A stretch of DNA of 24,366 nucleotides from Candidatus Methylomirabilia bacterium (GCA_041497895.1 JBGQHJ010000072.1:1-24366); one strand, 5' to 3'. Positions 1 through 8,966 are shown, numbered from the stretch's first letter. Notes: generated by a model not told the origin, from the letters alone. Program-made: numbers and translations.

Positions 1-54
1 CCCCCCGCCCGCCCCCGCGCCCCGGCCCTCTCGACCGGAGGAACGCGAGCGAGC

Positions 55-1053
55 TCAGGGTTTACGGAGAAAGAGAACCCAGATCGTGAGGCAGCCGCCG
101 GCGCACATCGACGCAAACGTCAGCAAGCTCCCGAGCGCGAGCGTCGCCGAGTTGGTCAGCCCCTGGTTGATGTCGCATCCCTCCGCGACGAGCGCGGCCG
201 CGCCCATCAGGAGGCCGCCGCAGAAGATCCTCACCAGGCTCGCCGGCGCGGGGAGCCTCCAGCCGAACTGACCGGCGCGCCACGCCGCGACGAACGCACC
301 CACCGCGACGCCCACCGCCGTCAGCATGCTCCAGGTCACCCGGCTCGGGTAGCCGACGAGCGGGTAGGTGAGGAGATGGCCGGTATTGGCGGCGAACGTG
401 ATGCCGCCCGGCCGCTCGCCGAACGTCGAGGCCCACCAGCCCGCCACGATCATCACGCCGACCGTCGCGCCGCTCGCCGGCCACGGCCACCTGCCGGACT
501 CGGCCTCGCGAGGGCCGCGCAGCAGCCACGCTCCGCCGGCCAGCCCGAGCGCCGCGATCACGATCCAGGGCGAGAGCCCGGTGAGGCTGGCCAGGGTCGG
601 AGCGCCACCGTCGGCGGTGGTGAGGATGGGCTTCTGGAGCAGTTCGCGGACCGGGGACAGGATGCCGAGGCCGGCGGTCGTGCCCCCGATGGCGAATCCG
701 AGCAGCACCACCCACGCTCCGACGGCGCCCTCCCCGACTCGGTACCAGGCGCTGCCGGGGCCGCCGCCCGACACGATCATCCCCGCGCCGAAGAGGAGCC
801 CGCCCACGACGTTCGACAGCCAGCGGAGCGGCCGGAGGGGAACGTCGACGAGGGAGAGCGTCTCGAGGATCTCCACGCCCACCATGGCCACGAGCAGGGC
901 CAGGACCCAGGCCCGCAGGATGGCGCCATCGCGCATCAGCAGGGCGTTCGAGAGCGCCCGGGTGAGGCAGAAGCCTCCGCGCTCCACCACGTAGCCGAAG
1001 GCGAGGCCGGTCGCCAGGGCCGAGGCATAGAGGAGAACCGGCTGGTCGTCCAT
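55..1053 (-). CDS. yeeE: YeeE/YedE family sulfur-compound (thiosulfate) transporter
   Basis: 332-aa polytopic membrane protein with ERGGFC near the N-terminus, GGLLFGAGMIVSGG, YRVGEG and GGLLMG..AEGCDI, all typical YeeE/YedE motifs. The middle Cys is replaced by Gly. Confidence 0.88.
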   Translation of the reverse strand: MDDQPVLLYASALATGLAFGYVVERGGFCLTRALSNALLMRDGAILRAWVLALLVAMVGVEILETLSLVDVPLRPLRWLSNVVGGLLFGAGMIVSGGGPGSAWYRVGEGAVGAWVVLLGFAIGGTTAGLGILSPVRELLQKPILTTADGGAPTLASLTGLSPWIVIAALGLAGGAWLLRGPREAESGRWPWPASGATVGVMIVAGWWASTFGERPGGITFAANTGHLLTYPLVGYPSRVTWSMLTAVGVAVGAFVAAWRAGQFGWRLPAPASLVRIFCGGLLMGAAALVAEGCDINQGLTNSATLALGSLLTFASMCAGGCLTIWVLFLRKP

Positions 1054-1062
1054 GGCGCGGCA

Positions 1063-1091
1063 ATGCTAGCGAAAAGCGAAATGTGAGTCAA
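1063..1091 (-). promoter_or_regulatory. sigma70-type promoter for yeeE
   Basis: Minus strand reads TTGACT (1091-1086), 17 nt, TAGCAT (1068-1063). The -10 box ends 9 nt before the ATG at 1053. Confidence 0.65.
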
Positions 1092-1104
1092 AGCCTCGTG
1101 AAAA

Positions 1105-1134
1105 TTGACTTTTCAAGAATGGAGGTGCTACGGT
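1105..1134 (+). promoter_or_regulatory. sigma70-type promoter for cpoB (extended -10)
   Basis: TTGACT (1105-1110), 18 nt, TACGGT (1129-1134), preceded by TGn. The -10 box ends 7 nt before the ATG at 1142. Confidence 0.55.
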
Positions 1135-1141
1135 CGAAAGC

Positions 1142-1945
1142 ATGTCGACTCCGCGACGTGACTTCACCGTGTATACGCGAGGTGTGGCCGCCCTCGCGGT
1201 GCTGGCGCTGGCGATGGCGGGCTGCGGCACCGGGGAGAAGGCGCGCCGCGAGGCCGAGATGGCCGCGCTGGTCAAGCAGGTCGACGAGATGAAGAAGGGC
1301 CAGGACCAGATGACCCGCGAGGTGGGACGCCTGTCCGGCGAGCTCAAGGCCCTCGACGCGCAGGCTGCGTTCCTGGTGGGCGAGACCAAGGCCGCAGCCC
1401 AGGAGCGGGAGCAGCTCAAGGCGGCGCTCCAGCAGCAGGACGGGTCCCTGCGCTCGCTCAGGTCCGGGCTCGACGAGACCAACCAGAAGGTGGCCACGCT
1501 CAGCGTCCCGCCGCCCGCGCCCGCCGCGCCGAAGCCGGCGGCGCCCGTCGCGAAGGACGCGACCCCGGAGAAGCTCTTCGCCACCGCGATGACGAGCTTC
1601 CGCGCCGAGGAGCACGGGCAGGCGGTGCTCGAGTTCACCGAGCTCATCGAGAAGTTTCCGAAGCACGCGCTCGCCTCGAGCGCCCAGTACTGGATCGGCG
1701 AGGCCTACTACCGTCAGCGCGACTTCAACCAGGCCCTGACCGAGTTCCAGAAGGTGCCGGATCTCTACCCGCAGAGCCAGTCGGTGCCCGAAGCGCTCCT
1801 GAAGGTGGGCATGTGCTACCGCGCGCTGCACGACGTGCCGCGCGCGCGCGAGACGTGGGAGCAGGTGGTGCGGTCGCATCCGAAGTCCGACGCGGCCACG
1901 CAGGCGCGCGCGCTGCTCGCCTCTCTCGGTCGCCCGTCGCGGTGA
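1142..1945 (+). CDS. cpoB: Tol-Pal-associated protein CpoB/YbgF (predicted lipoprotein; coiled coil plus TPR)
   Basis: Signal peptide with lipobox-like MAGC (Cys28), long coiled coil, Pro/Ala linker, and C-terminal TPRs (FPKH..A..AQYWIGEAYY, YPQS..VPEALLKVG). Confidence 0.85.
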   Translation: MSTPRRDFTVYTRGVAALAVLALAMAGCGTGEKARREAEMAALVKQVDEMKKGQDQMTREVGRLSGELKALDAQAAFLVGETKAAAQEREQLKAALQQQDGSLRSLRSGLDETNQKVATLSVPPPAPAAPKPAAPVAKDATPEKLFATAMTSFRAEEHGQAVLEFTELIEKFPKHALASSAQYWIGEAYYRQRDFNQALTEFQKVPDLYPQSQSVPEALLKVGMCYRALHDVPRARETWEQVVRSHPKSDAATQARALLASLGRPSR

Positions 1946-1953
1946 GCGTGGTT

Positions 1954-1981
1954 TTGACCCACCTGCCTCGTCCGGTATACT
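1954..1981 (+). promoter_or_regulatory. sigma70-type promoter upstream of dprA
   Basis: TTGACC (1954-1959), 16 nt, TATACT (1976-1981), in the cpoB-dprA spacer. Confidence 0.65.
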
Positions 1982-2014
1982 GAAACGCACTGCCCTGATC
2001 TGCCATCTGAAGGT

Positions 2015-3007
2015 GTGAGGCGGACGACACACGTGACGCACGAGTGTATCCACGACGACACGGGGCGCGATCGCGCCGGTGCGCCGCGCGCGATCGAGCG
2101 CGGCGACGCGGAGTATCCCGCGCTCCTGCTCGCGGTGCCCACCGCGCCGGCGACTCTCCACGTGCGGGGAGCGCTGCTCGAGGGCGACACGCTCGCGGTC
2201 GCGGTGGTGGGATCGCGCCGCGCGACGCCCTACGGGCTCACGGTGGCGGAGACGCTCGCCGCGGATCTGGCCGCGCGCGGCGTGACGATCGTGAGCGGGC
2301 TGGCGCGCGGCATCGACACCGCGGCCCACCGCGGCGCGCTGCGGGTAGGCGGCCGCACCATCGCGGTGCTCGGCTCGGGCGTGGACGTGGTGTACCCGCC
2401 CGAGAACGCGCGGCTCGCCACGGAGATCGCGGAGCGGGGCGCGCTGGTCTCGCAGTTCGCCCTTGGGATGCCGCCGCTGCCGCATCACTTCCCGACTCGC
2501 AACGCGGTGATCGCGGGACTCTCGCTCGCGGTGGTGGTGGTGGAGGCGGCGGAGCGCAGCGGCTCGCTGATCACCGCGCGCCTCGCGGCCGAGCTGGGGC
2601 GTGAGGTCCTCGCCATGCCCGGCCGGGCCACCGCGCCGGAGAGCCGCGGGGCCAACCGCCTGATCCAGGACGGGGCCGCGCTCGCGCTGGGCTGGGAGGA
2701 CGTGGTGGCCGCGCTGCCCGAGCGCTGGAAGGCCTGTCTCGACACGGGGGGGACAATCGGAGCCGCGGGCGAGAATGCCGCCGGGCGGGAGCACCGCGCC
2801 GGGCCCGGGGAGGCGGCGGGACGACCGGGCGCGGCGACGCGGCAGGTGCTGTCGCTGCTCGGCGAGGATCCGGTGGAGATCGACCACGTGATCGAGCGGA
2901 GCGGGCTCGGAGCCGGCCCGGTGTCGGCGGCCCTGCTCGATCTCGAGCTCGAGGGACGGGTACGGCAGATCGAGGGCAAGCGGTTCGTCCGAGTCGGACG
3001 GGCATAG
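2015..3007 (+). CDS. dprA: DNA-processing protein DprA (Smf)
   Basis: Motifs YP.LL, VAVVGSR.AT.YG, IVSGLARGID.AAH, F..RN..IAGLS, EAAERSGSLITA, plus a C-terminal winged helix (LL.LELEG). Start is uncertain: GTG at 2015 or 2033. Confidence 0.95.
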   Translation: MRRTTHVTHECIHDDTGRDRAGAPRAIERGDAEYPALLLAVPTAPATLHVRGALLEGDTLAVAVVGSRRATPYGLTVAETLAADLAARGVTIVSGLARGIDTAAHRGALRVGGRTIAVLGSGVDVVYPPENARLATEIAERGALVSQFALGMPPLPHHFPTRNAVIAGLSLAVVVVEAAERSGSLITARLAAELGREVLAMPGRATAPESRGANRLIQDGAALALGWEDVVAALPERWKACLDTGGTIGAAGENAAGREHRAGPGEAAGRPGAATRQVLSLLGEDPVEIDHVIERSGLGAGPVSAALLDLELEGRVRQIEGKRFVRVGRA

Positions 3008-3018
3008 GAGGCGCGCTG

Positions 3019-5271
3019 GTGGCGAAGAGAAGTCTGGTGGTGGTCGAGTCACCCACCAAGGTCAAGACGATCCAGAAATATCTGGATTCGAAGTACGTCG
3101 TCAAGGCCTCGATGGGCCACGTCCGCGACCTGCCCAAGTCCAAGCTCGGAGTGGACGAGAAGAAGGGCTTCAAGCCGGAGTACAAGGTGCTGCCGGCCAA
3201 GAAGAAGGTCCTCGACGAGCTCAAGAAGGCGGCCGAGAAGGTGGACGCGCTCTACATCGCGACCGACCCGGACCGGGAAGGGGAGGCCATCGGCTGGCAC
3301 CTCGCTCAGGAGCTCGGGATCAGCAAGAGCAAGACGCACCGGATCATGTTCAACGAGATCACGGAGCGCGCGGTCAAGGCCGCCTTCCTGCACCCGGGCA
3401 AGATCGACACCAACAAGGTCAACGCCCAGCAGGCGCGGCGGGTGCTGGACCGCCTGGTCGGCTACAAGCTCTCGCCGCTCCTGTGGGAGAAGATCCGCCG
3501 GGGGCTCTCGGCCGGGCGCGTGCAGTCGGTGGCGGTGCGCCTCATCACCGAGCGCGAGCGCGAGATCGCGGCCTTCGTGCCGGTGGAGTACTGGTCGCTG
3601 CACGCCCGCCTCAAGGGCAAGAATCCGCCCGACTTCACGGCCACCCTCAAGGAAGTGAAGGGCCAGAAGGCGGACCTGCCGAACGAGGCGGAGACCATGG
3701 CGGTGATGACCGCGCTGCACGGGCGCGCGTGGACCGTGAAGTCGGTGACCCGCGGCGAGCGCCGCCGGAACCCGGCGCCGCCCTTCATCACCTCGACGCT
3801 CCAGCAGGACGCGAGCCGCAAGCTCCACTTCAGCGCCAAGAAGACCATGATGCTGGCCCAGCAGCTCTACGAGGGCGTCGAGCTCGGTGAGGAGGGCGCG
3901 GTGGGCCTCATCACCTACATGCGGACCGACGCGGTGCGGGTGGCCGCGGAGGCGCAGGAGGAGGCGCGCCAGTGGGTGGCCGGGCGCCTGGGCCAGGAGT
4001 ACCTGCCGGACGCGCCGCCGACCTACAAGGCCAAGAAGAGCGCGCAGGAGGCCCACGAGGCGGTGCGCCCCAGCTCGGTGGCGCGGGAGCCGAAGGCGGT
4101 GGCCCGCTTCCTGAGCAAGGACCAGCTCGCGCTCTACCGGATCATCTGGGAGCGCTTCCTGGCCAGCCAGATGCGGCCCGCGGTCTACGACACGGTGGCC
4201 GCCGACATCGACGCCGGGGACTGCCTGTTCCGAGCCCAGGGCTCCACGCTGAAGTTCCCCGGCTTCACCGCGGTCTACGTCGAGTCTCGCGAGGCCACCG
4301 ACGAGGCCCCCGAGGAGGAAGCGGAGGCGGTGGTGCCGCCGCTCACCGTCGGCGAGGTGCTCAAGCTCCTCGCCCTCGACCCCAAGCAGCACTTCACCCA
4401 GCCGCCCCCGCGCTACACCGAGGCCTCTCTGGTGAAGACGCTGGAGGAGCGCGGGATCGGGCGGCCGTCGACCTACGCGCAGATCCTCGGCACCATCCAG
4501 GACCGCGAGTACGTGCGGCGCGAGCGGGGGACGCTGTTCCCCACCGATCTGGGCATCCAGGTCACCGACATGCTCGTCCCGCACTTCCCCGAGGTGATGG
4601 ACGTCGAGTTCACCGCCGGGCTCGAGGAATCGCTCGACAAGATCGAGGACGGCGAGGCGGACTGGGTGAAGACGGTGGGCGACTTCTACAAGCAGTTCTC
4701 CCGCGATCTCAAGGCCGCCAGCAAGAAGATGGACAACGTCAAGGTCGGCATCGACGCGGGGCAGGAGTGCCCGGAGTGCGGCAAGCCGCTGCTCGAGAAG
4801 TGGGGGCGCTTCGGCAAGTTCCTCGCCTGCTCCGCCTATCCCGAGTGCAAGTTCACCAAGGACATGAGCGGCGGGCGCGAGCGGCCGGCCGATCAGCCCA
4901 CCGACGAGATCTGCCCGACCTGCAGCCGGCCGATGGTCATCAAGCACGGCCGCTTCGGCAAGTTCATCGCCTGCTCGGGCTATCCGGAGTGCAAGACCAC
5001 CAAGCCGGTCACGCTCGGGATCACGTGCCCGCAGACGGGGTGCGGCGGTCAGCTGGTGGAGAAGCGCACCCGGAAGGGCAAGACGTTCTACGCGTGCACG
5101 AACTATCCCACCTGCACGTTCGCGGTGTGGACGCGGCCGGTGGCCGAGCCGTGCCCCAAGTGCGCGGCGCCGTTCCTGACCGAGAGGATCGCGCGGGGCG
5201 GGAAGATCACCCGGCAGTGCGTCCGCGAGGAGTGCGGCTACCGGCAGGAAGTGGCGCCCACGGTCGCGTGA
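3019..5271 (+). CDS. topA: DNA topoisomerase I (type IA) with four C-terminal zinc ribbons
   Basis: VVESP, ATDPDREGEAI, SAGRVQS, catalytic ITYMRTD, AQEAHEAVRP, GIGRPSTY and C4 ribbons. AGGAGG Shine-Dalgarno lies before the GTG start. Confidence 0.98.
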   Translation: MAKRSLVVVESPTKVKTIQKYLDSKYVVKASMGHVRDLPKSKLGVDEKKGFKPEYKVLPAKKKVLDELKKAAEKVDALYIATDPDREGEAIGWHLAQELGISKSKTHRIMFNEITERAVKAAFLHPGKIDTNKVNAQQARRVLDRLVGYKLSPLLWEKIRRGLSAGRVQSVAVRLITEREREIAAFVPVEYWSLHARLKGKNPPDFTATLKEVKGQKADLPNEAETMAVMTALHGRAWTVKSVTRGERRRNPAPPFITSTLQQDASRKLHFSAKKTMMLAQQLYEGVELGEEGAVGLITYMRTDAVRVAAEAQEEARQWVAGRLGQEYLPDAPPTYKAKKSAQEAHEAVRPSSVAREPKAVARFLSKDQLALYRIIWERFLASQMRPAVYDTVAADIDAGDCLFRAQGSTLKFPGFTAVYVESREATDEAPEEEAEAVVPPLTVGEVLKLLALDPKQHFTQPPPRYTEASLVKTLEERGIGRPSTYAQILGTIQDREYVRRERGTLFPTDLGIQVTDMLVPHFPEVMDVEFTAGLEESLDKIEDGEADWVKTVGDFYKQFSRDLKAASKKMDNVKVGIDAGQECPECGKPLLEKWGRFGKFLACSAYPECKFTKDMSGGRERPADQPTDEICPTCSRPMVIKHGRFGKFIACSGYPECKTTKPVTLGITCPQTGCGGQLVEKRTRKGKTFYACTNYPTCTFAVWTRPVAEPCPKCAAPFLTERIARGGKITRQCVREECGYRQEVAPTVA
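4807..5004 (+). repeat. Intragenic near-duplicate encoding two TopA zinc-ribbon segments
   Basis: 4807-4860 and 4951-5004 (offset 144 nt) encode RFGKFLACSAYPECKFTK and RFGKFIACSGYPECKTTK. Confidence 0.85.
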
Positions 5272-5278
5272 GCGGCGG

Positions 5279-6151
5279 ATGGACGCGGCGGTTGGCTCGT
5301 TCCTCGAATACCTCGGTGTGGAGCGCGGATCGTCGCCCCACACCCTCCGCAGCTACGCGACGGACCTGACCGAGTTCACCCGCTTCCTGGCCGACGAGAA
5401 GATCGGCGGCCTCGCGGAGGCGGACACCCGGGCGGTCCGGGCGTACCTGGCGCGCCTGCACCAGCGCCGGCTGTCCAAGGCCACCATCGCGCGCAAGCTG
5501 GCCGCGGTCCGCAGCTGCTTTCGCTTCCTGGCCCGCCGGGGCGTCCTCGAGGTGAACCCGGCCCGCCAGGTGCGGAGCCCGCGCCTCGGCCGACGGCTGC
5601 CGTCGTTCCTGCCCAAGGACGAGGCCACCCAGCTGCTGGACGCGGGGCCCGCGGCCGGCACCGCGGGCCTGCGGGACCGGGCGCTGGTGGAGCTGCTCTA
5701 CGCGAGCGGCCTGCGGGTCGCCGAGTGCTGTGGCCTGGACGTGGACGATCTCGACGAGGGCCGCCGCACCGTGCGCGTGCTCGGCAAGGGTGACAAGGAG
5801 CGGGTGGTGCCGGTGGGCGAGACCGCGCTCGAGGCGCTCGCCGCCTACCTGGCGATGCAGGGGCAGGCGCGCGGGGCCCTGTTTCGCAACGCTCGCGGAG
5901 GGCGCCTGACCACCCGGAGCGCGCTCCGCATCGTCAAGAGCCTGGCCCGGCGGGCCGGCCTCGGCCAGCGGGTCACCCCCCACACCCTGCGCCACAGCTT
6001 CGCCACCCACATGCTGGGGGAGGGGGCCGACCTCCGGTTGATCCAGGAGCTGCTCGGCCATAGCCGGCTCTCGACCACTCAGCGGTACACTCACGTGAGC
6101 CCGGAGCACCTGATGCGGGTGTACGATGCGACGCATCCCCGGGCCACCTGA
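5279..6151 (+). CDS. xerC: Tyrosine recombinase XerC
   Basis: [29 protein letters not shown] and TTQRY catalytic residues. The topA-xer-hslVU context favours XerC over XerD. Confidence 0.88.
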   Translation: MDAAVGSFLEYLGVERGSSPHTLRSYATDLTEFTRFLADEKIGGLAEADTRAVRAYLARLHQRRLSKATIARKLAAVRSCFRFLARRGVLEVNPARQVRSPRLGRRLPSFLPKDEATQLLDAGPAAGTAGLRDRALVELLYASGLRVAECCGLDVDDLDEGRRTVRVLGKGDKERVVPVGETALEALAAYLAMQGQARGALFRNARGGRLTTRSALRIVKSLARRAGLGQRVTPHTLRHSFATHMLGEGADLRLIQELLGHSRLSTTQRYTHVSPEHLMRVYDATHPRAT

Positions 6152-6169
6152 GAGGAACCGCTCGAAGCG

Positions 6170-6715
6170 ATGACGTCCGCAAGCTCCGTGATCCACGCCA
6201 CCACCGTGGTCTCCGTCCGGCACCGCGGCCGGGTCGCGGTGGCCGGCGACGGGCAGGTCTCGGTCGGCCAGACCATCATGAAGGCGGGCGCGCGCAAGGT
6301 GCGCCGGATGCACCACGACCGGGTGCTGGTCGGCTTCGCGGGCGCCGCCGCCGACGCGTTCACCCTCTTCGCCCGGTTCGAGGCGAAGCTCGAGGAGCAC
6401 CGGGGCAACCTCGCCCGCGCCGCGGTGGAGCTGGCCAAGGAGTGGCGCATGGACCGGGTGCTGCGACGGCTGGAGGCCCTGCTCGCGGTGGCGGACGCGG
6501 AGTCGACCTTCATCCTGTCCGGCACCGGCGACGTGATCGAGCCCGACGACGGCCTGGTCGGCATCGGCTCCGGGGGGCCCTACGCGCTCGCCGCGGCGCG
6601 GGCCCTCTGCGCGCACTCCGAGCTCGACGCGCCCCAGATCGCCGAGCAGTCCCTCAAGATCGCGGCCGGTATCTGCGTCTACACCAACGACCACATCACG
6701 GTGCTCACGCTCTGA
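6170..6715 (+). CDS. hslV: ATP-dependent protease subunit HslV (ClpQ)
   Basis: HATT, AGDGQVS, GFAG..ADAFTL, WR.DR.LRRLEA, GDVIEP, IGSGG.YA, ICVYTN. Alternative GTG start at 6188. Confidence 0.97.
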   Translation: MTSASSVIHATTVVSVRHRGRVAVAGDGQVSVGQTIMKAGARKVRRMHHDRVLVGFAGAAADAFTLFARFEAKLEEHRGNLARAAVELAKEWRMDRVLRRLEALLAVADAESTFILSGTGDVIEPDDGLVGIGSGGPYALAAARALCAHSELDAPQIAEQSLKIAAGICVYTNDHITVLTL

Positions 6716-8076
6716 TGGGCCCGATGACCGGCCTCACGCCCGTCCAGATCACCTCCGAGCTCGATCGCTACATCGTGGGGCAGCAGAAGGCCAAGCGCGC
6801 GGTGGCGATCGCGCTCCGCAACCGCTGGCGACGGCAGAACCTGCCCCCGGAGCTACGGGACGAGGTGGCGCCGAAGAACATCATCATGATCGGGCCCACC
6901 GGGGTGGGGAAGACCGAGATCGCCCGCCGGCTGGCCAAGCTCGCCCAGGCTCCGTTCCTCAAGGTCGAGGCCTCGAAGTACACCGAGGTGGGCTACGTGG
7001 GGCGCGACGTGGAGTCGATGATCCGCGACCTCACCGAGCTGGCCGTGACCATGGTGAAGGCGGAGATGGCGGCCGCGGTGCGGGAGCGGGCCGAGAGCCT
7101 GGCCGAGGACCGGCTGCTCGATCTCCTGCTGCCCCGGCGGCCGGGCGAAGCGTTCGTCAGCGGCACGCTCGAGGAGGTCTCGCCCGACGCCTCGCGCGAC
7201 GCGACCCGGGACAAGCTCCGCGCCCAGCTTCGCTCCGGCAAGCTCGACGAGCGCCCGATCGAGATGGACGTGCAGGCGCACGCCGGGCCCATGTTCGAGG
7301 TGTTCCCGGGGCAGGGCATGGAGGAGATCGGGATCAACCTGAAGGACATGCTCTCGAACCTCATGCCAGGACGCACCCGCCGGCGGCGGGTCAAGATCGG
7401 GGAGGCGCGGCGCCTGCTCGCCCAGGAGGAGGCCCAGAAGCTGGTGGACGTCGACGAGGCGGTGGGGCAGGCGATCCGCCGGGTGGAGGACTCCGGGATC
7501 GTCTTCCTCGACGAGCTCGACAAGATCGCGGGCCGCGAAGGCGGCCGGGGCCCCGACGTCTCGCGGGAGGGCGTGCAGCGGGACCTCCTGCCGATCGTGG
7601 AGGGGTCGACCGTCACCACCAAGTACGGGATGGTCCGGACCGATCACATCCTGTTCATCGCGGCGGGGGCCTTCCACGTGGCCAAGCCGGCCGACCTCAT
7701 CCCCGAGCTGCAGGGCCGGTTCCCGATCCGGGTCGAGCTGGAGCCCTTGACGCAGCACGATTTTATCCGCATCCTGAGCGAACCTCAGAACGCCCTGACC
7801 CGGCAGTACGTGGAGCTCTTGAGGACGGAAGGGGTGGCGCTGCGCTTCACCCCGGACGCGGTCGAGGCCATCGCCGAGATCGCGTGCACCGTGAACCAGC
7901 GCGCGGAGAACATCGGAGCCCGCCGCCTGTACACGGTGATGGAGCGGCTCCTGGAGGACGTCTCCTTCGACGCGCCCGACATGAGCGGGCAGGAGCTCGT
8001 GGTCGACGCGGAGTACGTGAACTCGCACCTCGCCGACGTGGTGAAGGACGAGGATCTCTCCCGCTACATCTTATAA
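6715..8076 (+). CDS. hslU: ATP-dependent protease ATPase subunit HslU (ClpY)
   Basis: Walker [13 protein letters not shown] pore motif, [21 protein letters not shown] and C-terminal DLSRYIL. The ATG overlaps the hslV stop (TGATG); alternative ATG at 6724. Confidence 0.97.
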   Translation: MGPMTGLTPVQITSELDRYIVGQQKAKRAVAIALRNRWRRQNLPPELRDEVAPKNIIMIGPTGVGKTEIARRLAKLAQAPFLKVEASKYTEVGYVGRDVESMIRDLTELAVTMVKAEMAAAVRERAESLAEDRLLDLLLPRRPGEAFVSGTLEEVSPDASRDATRDKLRAQLRSGKLDERPIEMDVQAHAGPMFEVFPGQGMEEIGINLKDMLSNLMPGRTRRRRVKIGEARRLLAQEEAQKLVDVDEAVGQAIRRVEDSGIVFLDELDKIAGREGGRGPDVSREGVQRDLLPIVEGSTVTTKYGMVRTDHILFIAAGAFHVAKPADLIPELQGRFPIRVELEPLTQHDFIRILSEPQNALTRQYVELLRTEGVALRFTPDAVEAIAEIACTVNQRAENIGARRLYTVMERLLEDVSFDAPDMSGQELVVDAEYVNSHLADVVKDEDLSRYIL

Positions 8077-8093
8077 GGACGGACGAGCGTACG

Positions 8094-8966
8094 ATGGCGA
8101 TCCCCGAGCTGGTCCAGCGCGCCGAGGTGCTGATCGAGGCGCTGCCGTATATCCGCGCCTTCCAGGGCAAGACCCTCGTGATCAAGTACGGGGGCGCGGC
8201 CATGGAGCAGGCCGACCTCAAGGAGCAGTTCGCCAAGGACGTGCTCCTGCTCCGGCTGGTCGGCATCCGCCCGGTCATCGTGCACGGCGGGGGACCGCAG
8301 ATCGGGGCGCTGATGAAGCGGCTCGGCAAGGAGCCCCGCTTCGTGGGCGGCATGCGCGTCACCGACGAGGAGACGGTCCAGATCGTCGAGATGGTCCTGG
8401 TCGGCAAGATCAACAAGGAGATCGTGGGCCTGATCAACCTGCACGGGGGACGGGCGGTGGGGCTCTCCGGCAAGGACGCGAGCCTCCTGCGGGCCCACAA
8501 GCGCCTGCACCGGCTGCCCGACGGCACCACCGTCGACATCGGCCTGGTCGGCGAGGTGGAGGCGGTCAACCCGGAGCCGATCCGGCTGCTGGAGGAGAAC
8601 GGGTTCATCCCGGTGATCGCGCCGGTCGGGGTGGGAGAGGGTGGCGAGACGTACAACATCAACGCGGACCTGGTGGCGGGGGACGTGGCCGCCGCGCTGT
8701 TCGCGGAGAAGCTGATCCACCTGACCGACGTGCCCGGCATCAACGGGGAGGACGGGCGCCTGGTCTCGACCCTGACCAAGCGCGACGCGGAGCGGCTGAT
8801 CAAGGCGGGCATCATCGACGGGGGCATGCTCCCCAAGGTGGAGTCCTCGCTGCGGGCGCTCGCCGGCGGGGCCCAGAAAGCCCACATCATCGACGGCCGC
8901 GTCCCCCACGCCATTCTGCTCGAAGTGCTGACCAAGGAAGGCATCGGCACCGAGATCGTCTTGTGA
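8094..8966 (+). CDS. argB: Acetylglutamate kinase
   Basis: EALPYI, IKYGG.AM, VHGGGPQI, GMRVTD, NINAD, GGMLPK, IIDGR. Start reassigned to the ATG at 8094. Confidence 0.97.
   Translation: MAIPELVQRAEVLIEALPYIRAFQGKTLVIKYGGAAMEQADLKEQFAKDVLLLRLVGIRPVIVHGGGPQIGALMKRLGKEPRFVGGMRVTDEETVQIVEMVLVGKINKEIVGLINLHGGRAVGLSGKDASLLRAHKRLHRLPDGTTVDIGLVGEVEAVNPEPIRLLEENGFIPVIAPVGVGEGGETYNINADLVAGDVAAALFAEKLIHLTDVPGINGEDGRLVSTLTKRDAERLIKAGIIDGGMLPKVESSLRALAGGAQKAHIIDGRVPHAILLEVLTKEGIGTEIVL

Noticed and set aside
1..28. G-quadruplex-like run on the minus strand downstream of yeeE
   Set aside because: Such runs are common at this GC content, and this one is truncated by the window edge.
4807..5004. Direct repeat as a possible CRISPR or mobile repeat
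   Set aside because: It has two in-frame copies explained by the TopA zinc-ribbon repeats.
3049..5343. 764-aa antisense ORF over topA, and similar long ORFs (1088-3052, 5207-6694, 8064-9854, 17145-18827, 19403-21115)
   Set aside because: These are shadow ORFs expected from very high GC3 and stop-codon scarcity. They have no recognisable motifs and overlap confident genes.
5279..6151. Tyrosine recombinase as a possible phage or island integrase
   Set aside because: It has Xer size and motifs in the conserved topA-xerC-hslVU context, with no att repeats or cargo genes.
6442..6714. Extended N-termini in the ORF track (hslU from 6442, argB 7884, argF 9044, pgsA 12781, plsY 13287, radical SAM 17238)
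   Set aside because: The extensions are non-homologous low-complexity translations, mostly overlapping upstream genes. Downstream starts fit the family N-termini, and I saw no sign of fusions or frameshifts.
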